NCBI RefSeq assembly: GCF_009914755.1
Contig: NC_060926.1
Direction: 5' to 3' (one strand)
Source: the human T2T-CHM13v2.0 reference genome, Homo sapiens
DNA length: 64,000 bases
The notes below the pieces were generated by a model. That model was given only the letters and a program-made list of their open reading frames with translations. It had not been told where the DNA came from and searched no databases. A program made the translations under genes and the position numbers. Of this stretch, positions 1-13,294 are shown piece by piece (the first letter of the stretch is position 1; each line of letters starts with the position of its first letter).

Positions 1-79
1 CTGTAACTAGCAGGCCTTGCTTATTTATTTTTCTACAAATATTTATGTTCGTATATGCCAGGCTCTGTGCTGTCAGTCT

Positions 80-960
80 GATGCTCAGGATATTGGTCAG
101 GGATATAGATATAGATTTGGAAATTATCACTACAAACATTGTAGGTAAAACCAAGAGTATTATGAGGTGGACTAATGAGCATTTCTTTTTCTTTATTTAA
201 TTTTACTTTAAATTCTGGGATACACGTTCAGAACGTGAAGGTTTGTTACATAGGTATACGTGTGCCATGGTGGTTTGCTGCACCCATCAGCCTGTCATCT
301 AGGCTTTAAGCCCCACATGCATTAGGTATTTGTCCTAATGCTCTCACTCCCCTTGTCCCCCAGCCCCCGACAGGCCCCAGCGTGGGATGTTCACCTTCCT
401 GTGTCCACGTGTTCTCATTGTTCAACTCCCACTCATGAGTGAGAACATGTGGTGTTTGGTTTTATGTTCCTGTGTTAGTTTGCTGAGAATGATGGTTTCC
501 AGCTTCATCCATGTCCCTGCAAAGGACATGAGCTCTAATGAGCATTTCTTGAGAGAGAAAAGCAGCATTTAAGTGACAGAATCGTGGGAATGCTGAAGTT
601 TTCATCGTTCTATGGAGCAAGAATCTGAGAAGGAAAGCCTACTAGGGTAGTAAGTGCAGATAGAAAGATGAGAGTGGAATTATAGTAATAGAAGCCTGGG
701 AAGTATAGGCTTTACAAATGAAAGAATGAAGAAAATAAATATGAACAATGTAAAATAAGTCATTATAATGTATAAAATTTCACAGAGAAGTCCAAAAATA
801 TGTTATAAAAATATTTTGTCAATATGAAGCCCATCGATAATTTTAGTTAAAGCAAGATTCAATGGGATGGTGGAATCAGAAACTATCGGGTTATATTGAG
901 AACTGAGGATACAACAGAACAGATGGATACAACCACTAGAAATTTAGTTGAAAATGTAAG
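80..960 (-). mobile_element. Degenerate L2 LINE, interrupted by the L1PA fragment
   Basis: Purine-rich L2-like text (GATATAGATTTGGAAATTATC..., TTAAAGCAAGATTCAATGGGATGGTGG); boundaries approximate. Confidence 0.55.
188..534 (-). mobile_element. 5'-truncated L1PA (L1PA8-like) 3'UTR fragment
   Basis: L1 3'UTR antisense (TTCTGGGATACACGTTCAGAACGTG...AAAGGACATGA) with T-rich tail; perfect 16-bp TSD CTAATGAGCATTTCTT at 172-187 and 535-550. Confidence 0.93.
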
Positions 961-1230
961 GAGAAAGAACTAGCAGCTTGAGATTTTAAAATGATCTGGG
1001 GAAGATTTTCTTTTTCAAAAAATATTAGAAATTTGAATATATTTACAACCTCTGCTGGAAAGATAATAAAAATAGGCTGGTGGTAAAGAAAGGAGAAGGG
1101 AAAATATGAAATACTATTCAAGATGAGAAGGAATGAGGATAAGAATGTAGCTGGAGTCGATAAGTAGGATACCCTGCCATCTAAAACGGAGATCACATTT
1201 GTAGAAAAGAGAGTGGAAAATTGAGGAAGG

Positions 1231-1528
1231 TGCTGGGTATGGTGGCTCATGCCTGTAGTCCCAGCACTTTGGGAGGCTGAGGCGGGTGGATCACAAGGTC
1301 AGGAGAGTGAGACCAGCCTGGCCAAGATGGTAAAACCCCATCTCTACTAAAAATACAAAAATTAGCCTGGTGTGGTAGTGCACGCCAGTAGTCCCAGCCA
1401 CTCAGGAGGCTGAGGCAGGAGAATCATTGAACCCGGGAGGCAGAGGTTGCAGTGAGCCGAGATGGTGCCACTACACTCCAGCCTGGGCTTCAGAGTGAGA
1501 CTCTGTCTCAAAAAAAAAAAAAAAAAAA
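1231..1528 (+). mobile_element. AluS (Sg/Sc-like), full length
   Basis: Dimeric Alu with TACTAAAAATACAAAAA linker, GGATCACAAGGTCAGGAG short form and A19 tail; imperfect TSD GAAAATTGAGGAA/GGAAGTTGAGGAA. Confidence 0.95.
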
Positions 1529-1619
1529 GGAAGTTGAGGAATTTTACACTTGACCAGCACTAGATGCTTCGGCTGTATTTAAATGATGTCATAAACTGGT
1601 CAGTATCATAATAATTATT

Positions 1620-1895
1620 GAGAAAATAGCTAACATATTTGAGTAGATACAATATGGCAAGTAATGCTGTATGAAAGTGCATGCATTATCTCACTTAATC
1701 CTTATACCAACTTTAGGAGGCAGCAGCTCCTTCTCTTCTTTTTCTCTTTTACATGATGAAGTAAATGAGGCACCCAATTTTAAATAATTTTGAATAAATT
1801 ATTACATTTATTTAAATTTCAAATAAATGACCCAATGCCACAGTTAGTAAGGAGAAGAGTCAGAATTTGACCTCAAGCGATGTACTCCAGGATAG
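1620..1895 (-). mobile_element. MIR SINE
   Basis: CATTATCTCACTTAATCCTTATACCAAC...CCACAGTTAGTAAGGAGAAGAGTCAGAATTTGACC, MIR core antisense. Confidence 0.7.
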
Positions 1896-2439
1896 GGCTC
1901 CTGAAGTTTTCCATACATTATCTCATTAAATTCTCAGATTAGTTCTGGAAGATATCTATTGTTGTTTCCCCAAACTATTCCTGCCTCAAGTATGCCTCAG
2001 CAGGAAACAGTTTCTTGTAACCCAGAGGTTATGGATCTTCTAGATTTTAGGGAAGAGACAGTGAATGATGACTGCTAGTAGTGAACACCAGCGCATCATT
2101 GCTTTGGGCTTTTTCCACTGCCCAGGAATCAGCTCTTTGAGGGTCAAAAGGAACCTGATCACTCTGGATGGAAGGTGCTAGAAGGAAGCAAATGGAAGAT
2201 AGCCTTTGGGAAGGATCCTGTTAAAAGGAAAGCAATACAGTGGGAGTGAGCAACATGTAACTGAAATAGAAAATTCTAGGTAATAAATACCGGTGGATTT
2301 GTGCAATGACGTTTTTTTCAGAATGAATAATAAATTATATGTTTTGCCTCCCACATACAGATGGTATAAATGTTTTAATTACTGAGAAGTTGATGTAGCG
2401 ATTTAAAAAATGTTTGAATAAAGAAATTGTCATTTTACC

Positions 2440-2760
2440 ATGTCAATAAAGCAATTGGTTTCATCATTGTATATTATATATGTATAGTTAATGTAAAAGA
2501 AACATTTCATTGTCTACTTGTATTAAAATATTAACATAAACATTCCCCTGTAGCATGTTAGTATCTTTTCAATGACTTTATTATACCCCATCAAGTAAAT
2601 GTAAGTTTATTATTAGTCATTTTGGCTATTTTCTTTTTTACTATTGTAGCTAATGCTGTGATGAACATGTCCATTTATATAACCTCCTGCCTCTGTTGAA
2701 TGAATTCCTTAGGTTAGATACTCATGGAAACATTGGTTAGATTACATGGTATTAACCTTT
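2440..2760 (-). mobile_element. Ancient L1M(E) 3' fragment
   Basis: TTACTATTGTAGCTAATGCTGTGATGAACATG...TCCTTAGGTTAGATACTC resembles the antisense L1 ORF2 end/3'UTR. Confidence 0.55.
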
Positions 2761-3069
2761 GAAGTTTTTGCTGCAGACCAGATCAATTAAATATTTAATT
2801 TTTTATTCAACTGATGTCAAGTGTTTTAATTTTTTGCTTCCTCTTGGAAAGACACTCCATGTATCTTACTCCTTTTTTGGATGCCAGGAGTTGAGAGTTC
2901 ACACGCTAACCTATTATGATAAAGAATTTCTGAGACTAAAGCAGAAGCAAAGAAGAAATCAAAAGAAGCAGAACCTTTGTAATTCATCTATGTTGGCACT
3001 CCTCCCATATATTTCTCTCATTATTTTCTCCCCTCACACACATACACCTTTCCAGTACCCTAGATGTTC

Positions 3070-3572
3070 TTAGGTGTGGAAGATGGGATTGCAGAAGCTC
3101 TTCTTCAGCTCCCAGGCATGATAAAGATCAGGTACTTAATTTATAAGTAAGTGAATGACTGGGGGAATTTATAGATGGGGAACATTTTTCCTTAGAAGTT
3201 TCCTTGTTGAAACAATGTAATTTCCCTTGGAGGTTTTGTCATATTCTACCATGATTTTGATGGTATATTGATGGTATATTTCTCCTAGGAAATTCCACCC
3301 TTTTAAAGTTAAACACAAATCAGTCACTTTGTGTAGCAGAGATGGGCTCTTCAATTCCATTTTCTCTTGTTCCATAATACTGGAATTTCTTCTTTTTCCT
3401 AGTTGACTGAGTGAATGTAAACAATTCACTGAAGGCCCGAAGGAAGGCCCTTAAATATGGTGGCTACACAAGATGGGAAGAATCAGGACTCAGGAATATG
3501 CCTCTAATGTGTTAAGCCACAGAGATTAGAGTGGCAGTTTCAGAGTTGTTGTTCACGATCCTGACTGATACA
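3070..3572 (+). mobile_element. MLT1-type MaLR solo LTR remnant
   Basis: Typical MLT1 3' end GTGTTAAGCCACAGAGATT...TCCTGACTGATACA; left boundary uncertain. Confidence 0.55.
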
Positions 3573-5624
3573 CTTTATACAGTGATGAGAATAAATCCAC
3601 AGGACTTTGCTGAACACCTCAAGATAATCATCCCTAAGGTAGAAGGTTGAAGCAAATCTTTAGAAAGCTCAGAATCTGGGCCCATGTCTCTGGCTTTTTT
3701 GCTCAGTGCCAAGGGTACAGAGCTATAGGCATAATGAAGTTGTCATTTATTTCCAAAGTACCTGAAGGATCTGGGGTGTAGTATTCTGAATATGCATTGA
3801 TAATTCTGCCTAGGTAAAAGTGCATGACAGCTTTGCCTTCAGAAATAAATTCCAATTCTAGGAGATTTTTGTTTGTTTTTTAATATCAACACTCTTTGGC
3901 ACAGTTACACGGCCAAAGTGATTAGGTGCTAAGAGTGTGGACAAGGTCTCTAGATTATTAAACCACTACATTCATGCAAAATGAATAATTTGAATTCAAT
4001 ATCTGTAATGCCATGAGAGATAAATGACTGTGAGATCTCCCGTGTATGGTTATTCAGATGCAACTCTGGGGGAAATCCACCTCACATGGAGAGATATCTG
4101 CCTGAGGTGATTAGGCTGGAATTTAATTTTATTTAAATGTGTGAACACTTTTAATAAGGCTCTGGAGGTATTACAAAGTTTGCAGAATCCTTATATTTGA
4201 AAAATGTTTTATTTTGCTTGATAACACGTAGAAAAGCCCTTATTGTGATTAGCATTTGAATAGCGGGATCATCTTAATACTCTTGTTATTAATATGACAG
4301 GTTTGATTTTCTCAAAGGTGACAATTGAACCCAATTCTCAGATCAGTTAATCCATGTATTTATGTAAATTGAACTTTTCTACCTTGTAATTTGGTTCTGG
4401 AGTACATTGGATTTCCTTCTGCCCTGTGGGGCTCATACATCAATTTAAATCCCTAAGTTACTGGCCTACTTTCTGCTGGATATGAAGATTTAGGTTTCTT
4501 CCCTGAGTTTTGATGATTGTCCACGTGTTTTATGCTGCAATGGACAGTCTAACATCATTTGTGGGCTCTTGAATCTCTGTGAATCTGCATCTGCTTCTGA
4601 ACCTCATGCTTCGGTTGGGTCCACATCTGCTTTAAATTAATGATGTTACCTGTACACTTGCTGGTGCCTTTTACACAAAAGGGGGAAGGTGAAGCAGGGG
4701 GAGAAGAAAGATGAGATTAGCATGTATTTTTACCTCACCTTGTACTTCCTATTTGGTATTAGGCTCCTCAGGTTCCCTTTGTCTGAACATATCACTGTTT
4801 CTTTTCCTCCCTGAGTTGCCTCTGCTCATTTGCATGGCTCTCAGCTTCCTTCTTGCATTGTTCCATGTTATACTACTTCTGTGTTCACTTGGGACCGTAT
4901 TTTAGAAACTCTCTGGATTTCACACCTATGGTTCCTGAGTCTGCACCATGTGTTACTGCTCAATCAGAGCATCTTGCCTCTCAGAAAAACCACCTTCCCA
5001 CGTGTGACTACCGGCTTCATTTAGAAGACACAGGGAATGTTCTTCCACCTCTGAATATAGCAAGGGTGCAAGAATCCTGATTGGTATTATGTGTCAGATA
5101 TAAACCTGGACTGAAATTCAGATTCTTAAAAAATGTCACAGTATCTTTCATTTTCAGTGGTCCCTGTGCCTTGACCATTCATCCAGGCCTGCTCTCATTA
5201 GTCCATTACATTTAATTAGCATCTCCTTTCCAGTAAACTTCCAAGAGCACCCCACCCCCCGCATTTATTCCTTCTGATTTCTCCAGCCTTTGGTGCCAAC
5301 CTCTATTCAGTATATAGTGGTATGCTTATTGCCCCTCGAAGGTGCCCATTTCTTTCTCCTCTGGGAACACTTTTGAAATGCTTTTCTATTCTTAGTTTTG
5401 CTAAATCTTATCCATTCTTCAAAGCTTAATTTAAGTTCTACTTCCTTTAAACCAACATAGAAATCTCCCTAAACTTCCTGACAGGAGGTGTCTGACTACT
5501 GTTTGGACATCTCTAGAAAGACAAAAACGTAGCCCTTCCAAGGTATAGCCAGCTTCCCATGGCATTTGGGATATGAACTGTGTTGTTAAGAACCAATTAG
5601 ACTGTGTCATTGTAGTCAGACCTT

Positions 5625-5790
5625 TGCAAGATGAGAACACAGCAAGAAATGAAGTATCAGTAAATCTGGATTCTAATCTCCTCTCAGTCACTAGCCTGAT
5701 ATATGACCTTGGGAACTTAATTCTCCTTTTGTGTTTCAATTTTATTTTTCTGCAAAAGAGAATGCTACATGAATAAACTCTCAAATATAG
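5625..5790 (+). mobile_element. MIR SINE
   Basis: AATCTGGATTCTAATCTCCTCTCAGTCACTAGC...TGACCTTGGGAAC core. Confidence 0.65.
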
Positions 5791-6999
5791 CTTCCATCAG
5801 AAAACTGAATTCATTATTTCAGATAAATTGTTGTGATTTTTGTTTCAAATAAAATTTAAAAAAATTTTTTAATGTGGTCTTGTATAAAAATCATAGTGTG
5901 TGCTCCAAACTTAGTAAATGTAATAAAGTTATTAGGTGATGCATATTTTTTAAAAAAGAATTCCACCATAAGGATATATTTGTAAAGTATACTTTAAAAT
6001 CAGTGTCAATATTTTAGAACCATACCATGTATTCATCCTTTAAATATATGGCACTTTTCCTATTATTTTGACAGCAAGCATCTTTTTTTCTCTCATTCTT
6101 TTTTCAACAAATAGTTTCCTGCTATGCCTATACACTGAGTATCAAATGAAAAGACACCTAAAGATAAAATGTATGAGAAAACTTGTATTGGTGAAAATGG
6201 TGCAAATTTTATATGGGTGTTTTGTTGGTAGATCTAGGTTTTTCCAAAGGAAATCCAAAGGCATGCCCATCCAAAGCTCATAGAAAAGAATGTGTACACA
6301 CTGCAGGGTACTCCTGAGAACTTTGTAAGTTTGAATATTTCAAGGTCTGAGAGGTGGTGGCTGCACTCTCCAGTCCCTTTGGGGTTTGTTAAGTCCCCTT
6401 GAGAATTGGAAAGCAGTAGTGTTGGTACACGAATGATAGCTGAGTGAAGAGATAGAAAGTCTTTGCAGTGAAGTTTTGATAAAATGATCCTTGCAAACAG
6501 CCAGCAGCAATTCTGCTGGGCATTTGGAGAAGCAGGTGGATTCATCTTTCAAACATTAAAGAAGGAGAAATTCTTTCTTCTAGGCTGGTCTGAAATGAGA
6601 GTGAAATGGCCCTGCCAGGGCTAGAAAGGTAGGATCACAGCCTCATTGCTGACAGTGACTGCTAACAGGGTGCAGCTTTTGTCACGTCACAATGCTAGAA
6701 TGCACCCTATTGCTGACAAGGACATTGACCTTTTGTAAATCAAGTGATTCACTAAAATGAGAAGCCAGAAGGAAATGCATCGCATAATGTAAAGAGTGTG
6801 TTACTGTTGGAGATGAATGCCATGTATAATAAAAATGCTAAGCATTCTGTCCTTCCTAACTAAATGCATAACCCCAGGGTCAGTCATAACCAAAGCACAC
6901 AACCTCAGAGCATAAATTGGATGTAGATCTGGTAGTTTTTAGTCTTCTTAGGCATCTCTGCAGCCCTCCTTGGTACAGAAGAAGGAAGATGATAAATGT

Positions 7000-7155
7000 G
7001 GTGGAGGAGTTTGGAGTTAAAAGGCAGATTCTGCTTTGGAACTTGTTTGTTGTAATCCTTAACGTAAGTCATTTATTCTTTCTGAGCCTCAGCTCTGAAC
7101 ACATAAAATGGGGATAGAGTTGTTACAGTGGCTGAATGATGCAACAATATAAACA
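7000..7155 (+). mobile_element. MIR SINE
   Basis: TAAGTCATTTATTCTTTCTGAGCCTCAGCTCTGAACACATAAAATGGGGATA core. Confidence 0.7.
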
Positions 7156-7177
7156 ACTTTAAAAATTATGATCAGTC

Positions 7178-9017
7178 CTATAGTTTTTTTTGCAGGAAAC
7201 TCCATAGGGTTTTCCATAATGGTTGTGCTAATTTATATTACTACCAGCAGTTTGTCAAGGTTCTTTTCTCTCTATATCCTCACCAATACTGTGTGTTTTA
7301 TGATTTTTTAATTGTAGCCATTCTGATTGGAGTGAGATGTTATCTTCTTGCAGTCTTGATTTGCATTTCCCTGATAATTAGTGATATTGAACATTTTTTT
7401 TCATATACCTGTTGGCCATTTGTATGTCTTCTTTGGAGAAATGTCTATTCAGATCTTTTGCTCATTTTAAAATTAATTTTATTTTTAACTGATACATCAT
7501 ATTTTAGGGGTACATGTGATCATTTACTACATTCATATAGTTTATAAGGATCATATCAGTGTGATCAGAATATCCATCACCCTAAATAGTTTTCTATTCT
7601 TTATTCTAGAAACGTAGATTATTGTAATTTTGCCCATTTTTAATCAGGTTTTTTTTTTTATTGTTGAGTTGTAAGAGTTCCTTGTATATTTTGAATATTA
7701 ACCCTTTAATAGATGTACAGTTTGCAAGTATATTTATTTTCACAATCTGTAGGTTGTTTCTTTGCTTTGTTGATTTTTGTTGTTGTGAAGAAGCTTTTTT
7801 AGTCTGATGTAATCCCATTTATCTGTATTTGCTTTTGTTGCCTATGCTTTTGCAGTTTTATTAAGAAAATTATTGGTTAGACTAATGTTACAGAAATTTT
7901 CACCTATGTTTTCTTCCAGTACTTTCATAGGTTTAGGTCTTACATTCAAGTTGTTAATCCATTTTGAGTTAATTTTTGTATATGGTGAGAGATAGGGTCT
8001 AGTTTCATTCTTCTTCATGTTGAGATCCAGTTCTCCCATGACCATTTGTTGGAGAGGCTGTCCTTTCCCCATTGCGTATACTTGACGTGTTTGTTGAAAG
8101 ACACTTGATTGTAGATGCTTGGGTTTCTTTCTGGGCTTTGCATTCTGTTCCACTGATCTATGTCTTCTTTTATTCCACTACCATGCTGTTTTGTTTACTA
8201 CAACTTTGTAGTATGCTTATAGCATTTAATAAGTCAGGTAGTGTGATGCTACCAGCTTTGTTCTTTTTGCCCAAAATTGCTTAGGCTGTTCGGGGTCTTT
8301 GCGGTTCCATATGGATTTTAGAATTTTTTTTCTATTTTTGTAAAGAATGGCATTGATATTTTGATAGAGATTGCATAAAACTAGCATATAATCCAGCAAC
8401 CCCACAACTGGGTATTTATACAAAGAAAATGATATTAGTACATTGAAGAGCCATCTGTACTCCAATGTTGAGTGCAACATTATTCACAATAGCAAAGATA
8501 TGGAATCAACTTAACTGTTCATCAATAGAAGAATGGATAAAGAAAAAGTGATATGAATATAGACAATGAAATACTATTCATCCATAAAAAATAAAATTCT
8601 ATAATTGGCGGCAATATGGATGAACCTGGAAGACATTTTATGTAAAATAAGCCAGGCACAGAAACACAAATACTGCATGTTCTTACTCATAAGTGGAATC
8701 TTAAAAGCTGTTCTCACAAAAAGTAGAAGTGAAATAATAGTTACCAGAGGATGATGAGGGGAAGAGGGAGAGGGAGAGGGAATGATGAGAGATTGGTTAG
8801 TGGCTTCTGGCATTCTATTGCATAGAAAGATGACTAGAATTAATATATTGCATATTTCATAAAGTTAGAATTTTTGAATGTTCTTATCACAAAGAAATGA
8901 TTAAAGTTTAATCAATTTAAATATACTAACTACCCTTATTTGATCAATGTATATATGTACGGAAATGTCACATTGTATCCCATAATTTCTATAGTATTGT
9001 ATGTCATTCTTAAATTT
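7178..9017 (+). mobile_element. L1MA element with 5' inversion (7178-8376 antisense, 8377-9017 sense)
   Basis: ORF2 remnants on - (ORF 7842..8153), then sense ORF2 end and 3'UTR; flanking repeats AAAAATTATGATCAGTC (7161-7177) and AAAAGTTATGATCAGTC (9018-9034). Confidence 0.88.
7471..7627 (-). mobile_element. Short L1MA 3'-end fragment nested in the inverted L1
   Basis: TTTTAGGGGTACATGTGATC L1MA 3' terminus; flanked by TTTTGCTCATTTTAA (7456-7470) and TTTTGCCCATTTTTAA (7628-7643). Confidence 0.75.
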
Positions 9018-9134
9018 AAAAGTTATGATCAGTCTATATATTTTTGAAAATTATGAATGTTACAGAATCAAATCTCTATACTATTTAGTCTGGCTCCTTC
9101 ACTTCAAGAAGTGAAAAAGAATAAGATTTTAACA

Positions 9135-9520
9135 GTGTAAAGGCTTTACTGTGGAAAATTGATGTGTAGGAGAAAATAAGGAGGATCTGTAAGAGGCTGG
9201 GAGAGCTGACAGACCTTGATGCAAGCAGGACCCTGAGTGAAGGGGAGAGGGAGGAAAGTTGAGGAAATGGACCATAGACTGCTGTGCACTCTATGATTTG
9301 GCAGAATTAACCAGGAGTCTTTAAACCAAAGATGGTTCTCAGGAGCTCCTGTGTCTCTTAAAAATGAGTTCTACCTTAGTATCTTCACTAAACTTGGGCA
9401 TCAACTAGGATCAGCATGGCTTTGGTGCAAACACAATGATGGGTACCAAAGTGCAGCAACTGGGTCACTTCTGCTCCTTATTGTTGGAAGTCTGAAAAGA
9501 GCATTCTCATGGCTGCCATA
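9135..9520 (-). mobile_element. ERVL LTR (LTR16-like)
   Basis: GATGCAAGCAGGACCCTGAGTGAAGGGGAGAGGGAGG...CATTCTCATGGCTGCCATA resembles the LTR16 family; family call from memory. Confidence 0.55.
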
Positions 9521-9524
9521 TATA

Positions 9525-10600
9525 TTTTACACTCAAGGAAGCTTTCTCAGAAGAATGGATCTAGCTGATAGGAAACCTGCCATAAAGAGATGCAGGGCAC
9601 AGTGGAAGGCAGAGGAAATCACTGCTATAAAAGTTCCAAGGACAAATGAGCCATGTTCAAGGAGGTCAGTGTGGCTGCAACATAGCAAATGAGGGGAAAA
9701 CTGCAGGAGGTGATGTCAGGAAGGTAGCCAGAGACCAGACATTGTAGGCCCTTACAGGTCCTAGGAACTGTTTGTTTTAGTTTTTTTTTTTTTAGTATGA
9801 AATACAAACTAGATTGTTTTGTTTTTGGTTATTATTATTATTTTTTTTTGGTAGGAGAGTAGCCTGATTCTAATTAAATTTTTTAAAAGATTAGTCTGTC
9901 TGAAGTGTTAGAAATGGGTTGTCTGGAACAAGAGCAGAAGAAAGGAAATTGGATAGAAGATCAAGTCCAGGCAGAAGAAGAGGAATCAGTACTTAGACTG
10001 GAAGGTAGTGGTGGGAGTGGGAGGGAGACAACTGATGTAGCATATGTTTTAGAGTCGAGGATTATGCCATGTCTTTGGCTATAGAAATCCTGTAGAGACC
10101 AATGTATTTCCTTAAAGTGAGAAAGTCAGGAGAAAACTGATCTTAAAGAGGGAAAGTATTTTTTTCTGAGTTGGACATATTTAGCTTGAGACGCTTATTA
10201 GACATTGAGTAAAATATGTAAAGAAGGAAATTAGTTAAGGGGACAGGAACATAGGAGATGGGATCTGGAGATATAATTTTGGGAGTTGCTGATATGTACA
10301 TAATATTTAAATCTGTGGTACCAGATAAGTTTACTTATAGAAGAAATGTAACTAGAGAAGGGAAGATGTCCTAGCACCAAATCCAACTCTGAGAAATCTG
10401 GAATACATGGAAAAAATAGCAAAATATACTGTGAGGGGGCAGCCAATAGACTAGAAGAACCAGAAGAGTATGGGGTGGAAACTTAGAAAAAAAAAAACCT
10501 GTTTCAAGAAGTAGGGAGAAATCAGTGATATACCATTACACTTTAAGTAAAAAGATTGAAGAAGTGGCCATTTAATACTACAACACAAAATTCACTATTG
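9525..10600 (-). mobile_element. L2 LINE
   Basis: GGAGGTCAGTGTGGCTGCAACATAG, TGGACATATTTAGCTTGAGACGCTTATTAGACAT and GGAGATATAATTTTGGGAGT L2 hallmarks. Confidence 0.8.
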
Positions 10601-11308
10601 TTCCCCTGCTATAGGATAATAGAGGTTTAGTGACTGATCAATAGCCATGGTACTAATACATAGTAAATCCAGGACTCACATGAAGCTCTATTGTTAAATG
10701 TATATACTTAGATTAATTCAGTATTCCTTCCTCCATTCATTTTATGATTGATCTCTCTAGGTTAATAATGCTGAAGTTTTAGTGTCATCTCAATTATGTT
10801 GGAAACTCTTTAAAGAAGAGACAATGGCCTACGTTCCTGGTGAATCTACCTTAGCATTGAACATAGCTCACACTACTCAGAGAAGGTACTTGGAGTTAGC
10901 TAGTTGGTTGCACAAGAGTTGCATTACGTGGTGATAAATAATGCTGACAGTGCAAGCAAGAGGAGCAGCAGCAACCAGTAAGAGCCACATTGCTGAACTC
11001 ACATGGATGTTATTGAGAAGAATTGTTTCCCTTTTCTGCTTCAAGTGAGTCCAGAGGCCACTTCTACAACAAACAGAACTTAATTGGAGAAATTTGGTAT
11101 TGTGTGGGTCCCTAAAGCAATTCTTCCTTCCCAAGTTTTCTAATATAGAATTTAGGAGTACAAAAATAACTTAATTTTGTGACAGAATAATCTTTAGACA
11201 CATTTGCTATTTCTCGGTTCAGTTCACTTGGCCTACAATGCTTATAAAATCAGTTTTAAACTGGTAGTTACCAATTATGAAACTGTAATTATAATTATTT
11301 AAAATGAG

Positions 11309-11450
11309 GGACGGGTTGAGTGGCTCGTGTCTGTAATCCCAACACTTTGGGAGGTAGAGGTGGGAGGATTGCTTGAGCTCAGGAGTTCGAAACCAGTCTG
11401 GGCAACATAGTGAGACCTCATCTAAAAAAATAAAATAAAATAAAAAATAA
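11309..11450 (+). mobile_element. Monomeric Alu (FLAM_C-like)
   Basis: Single arm GGACGGGTTGAGTGGCTC...GGAGGATTGCTTGAGCTCAGGAGTTCG...GACCTCATCT followed by a (TAAAA)n tail. Confidence 0.88.
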
Positions 11451-11754
11451 CAAACATACAAACAGACAAAACCATTATATACATAGAGTATAAAGTATAT
11501 TTGCTGTTTTAACAGCAGAAGTGGAGTATGAGTTCATCAGCACAATGGTAAGACTTTAAAGATGAATCATCTGCTTCTCCATATGCAGATCTGTCTTATT
11601 ATATGCCAGGAAACCCCAGGAGTAAATTCTGACCAGGATTTTATGTATTTTACTACCATTTAGTATGTGAAACAGGTGTTAGTGGCTTTGTAAATGAAGG
11701 ATACATCATCCGTGTTGCCATACTCCATCGATTTTGAGACGGTGGGGACCTAAG

Positions 11755-12110
11755 GGAGTTTGGCTTGGAGAAAACACTGATGACATGTGAACTGTCAATA
11801 AATATTTGATGTGCTGTCATGTGGAACAGGAAGCAGGCTTGTTCTGTTTGGCTTCAGCAGGCAGAACCAGGACTAATATATGTGAATTATATGGAGGCAG
11901 ATGTGGACTCAAGTTTAGAAAAAATAACAGAATTGTTTGAAATTGAAGAGGGTAATTGCATGAAGTAGTCAGTTCTCCAGTGCTTGGGGCATTAAAGAAG
12001 AAACTTAACCATTTTCTTTCAAGGATGTTTTAGAAGAGTTCTTACATTATATACATGCTGGGAGTAGGTGATCTCCAATGCATCTTCCAGATCAAAGTAA
12101 CTGAGGTATT
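11755..12110 (+). mobile_element. CR1/L3 LINE 3' fragment
   Basis: GTCATGTGGAACAGGAAGCAGGCTTGTTCTGTTTGGCTTCAGCAGGCAGAACCAGGAC...GAAGTAGTCAGTTCTCC. Confidence 0.75.
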
Positions 12111-12312
12111 TTAAGGTTTATGTAAGATTGGAGTTATATTATGAAAGGATGGCCACAGTTCTTCCTATTTCTCTCTCATTTCACATGTATACCACTGTCA
12201 GTATGGTGCCACTATTTTCAAGTACATTGAAAAATGTGTCCCCCAAAGATAATAATCATGTACACTCACATGGACTGAGATAGCCTCAGAAGCTCAGTTA
12301 TCCTTGGTTATA

Positions 12313-12783
12313 CAGGTTGAGTATCCCTCATCTGAAATGCTTGGAACTAGAAATGTTTTGGATTTTGGAAGCTTTTTGGATTTCGGAATATTTGCATGTA
12401 CATAATGAGTTGTCTTGGGTGTACGACCTAAGTCTAAACATAAAACGTATTTATGTTTCACATATACCTTATACACATGGGCTGTAGGTTATTTTATACA
12501 ATATTTTTAATAGCTTTGTACATTAAAGTTCATGTACATTAAACCATTAGAAAGCAAAGTTGTCACTTTCTCAGCCACCCATATGGACAATCTATGTTTG
12601 GCACTGCCATCATGCCTGACTCTAAATTTATGCTACTGATAAACAATCATATTCTTACAGTTATTCACATGTAAGTGAAAAATAATGTGTTCAAGGTAAC
12701 TTGTGGCATCAAATCAGCACTCAAAAAGTTTCAGATTTTGAGGATTTTAGATTTTGGACTTTTGGATCGGGATGTTCAATCTG
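12313..12783. mobile_element. TcMar-Tigger non-autonomous DNA transposon (Tigger4/MER46-type)
   Basis: TIRs CAGGTTGAGTATCCC...GGGATGTTCAATCTG with TA on both sides (12311-12, 12784-85). Confidence 0.88.
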
Positions 12784-13294
12784 TATCTGAGGTTTTAGTC
12801 ACTCTGTATGTTCACTCTTCCTATGTTCTTAACTCTTCTCCTCTAATGCTACTTCCTTTTACTCCTCCCCTTATCAAATCTTTCAGATATAGCATGCTCT
12901 CTGGCATTTATTTTTTTTAAGGTAAAAGACATTTTCTGTATTCCTAAATGTATTACTAAATGTCTTTTCTGCCTCCTACTATAACAAAAATATAACTCTG
13001 TCCTGCACCTTCTGATTGGCTTGCATTCTTTCAAAGTGAGGAATCCTTATTGCTCACAATGTATTTGCCATATTTTGGGAGATGAGACCTTTTTCTGTTT
13101 CTTTTTTCACAATTTTAATTCCATATTATTATTTTTATCCCTGTTCTCTTAAGTGCTTGCACCATGTCTCATGCTACCCTATGAACTTTCTCAGGGTAGC
13201 TTTATCTAGCAACTCTTCTATTCCACTCTCCTGTCCACTATAGCTCAAATTTTTTATAAAGTTTTGTTCTTATGGGGAGGGCATCCAATATTCA

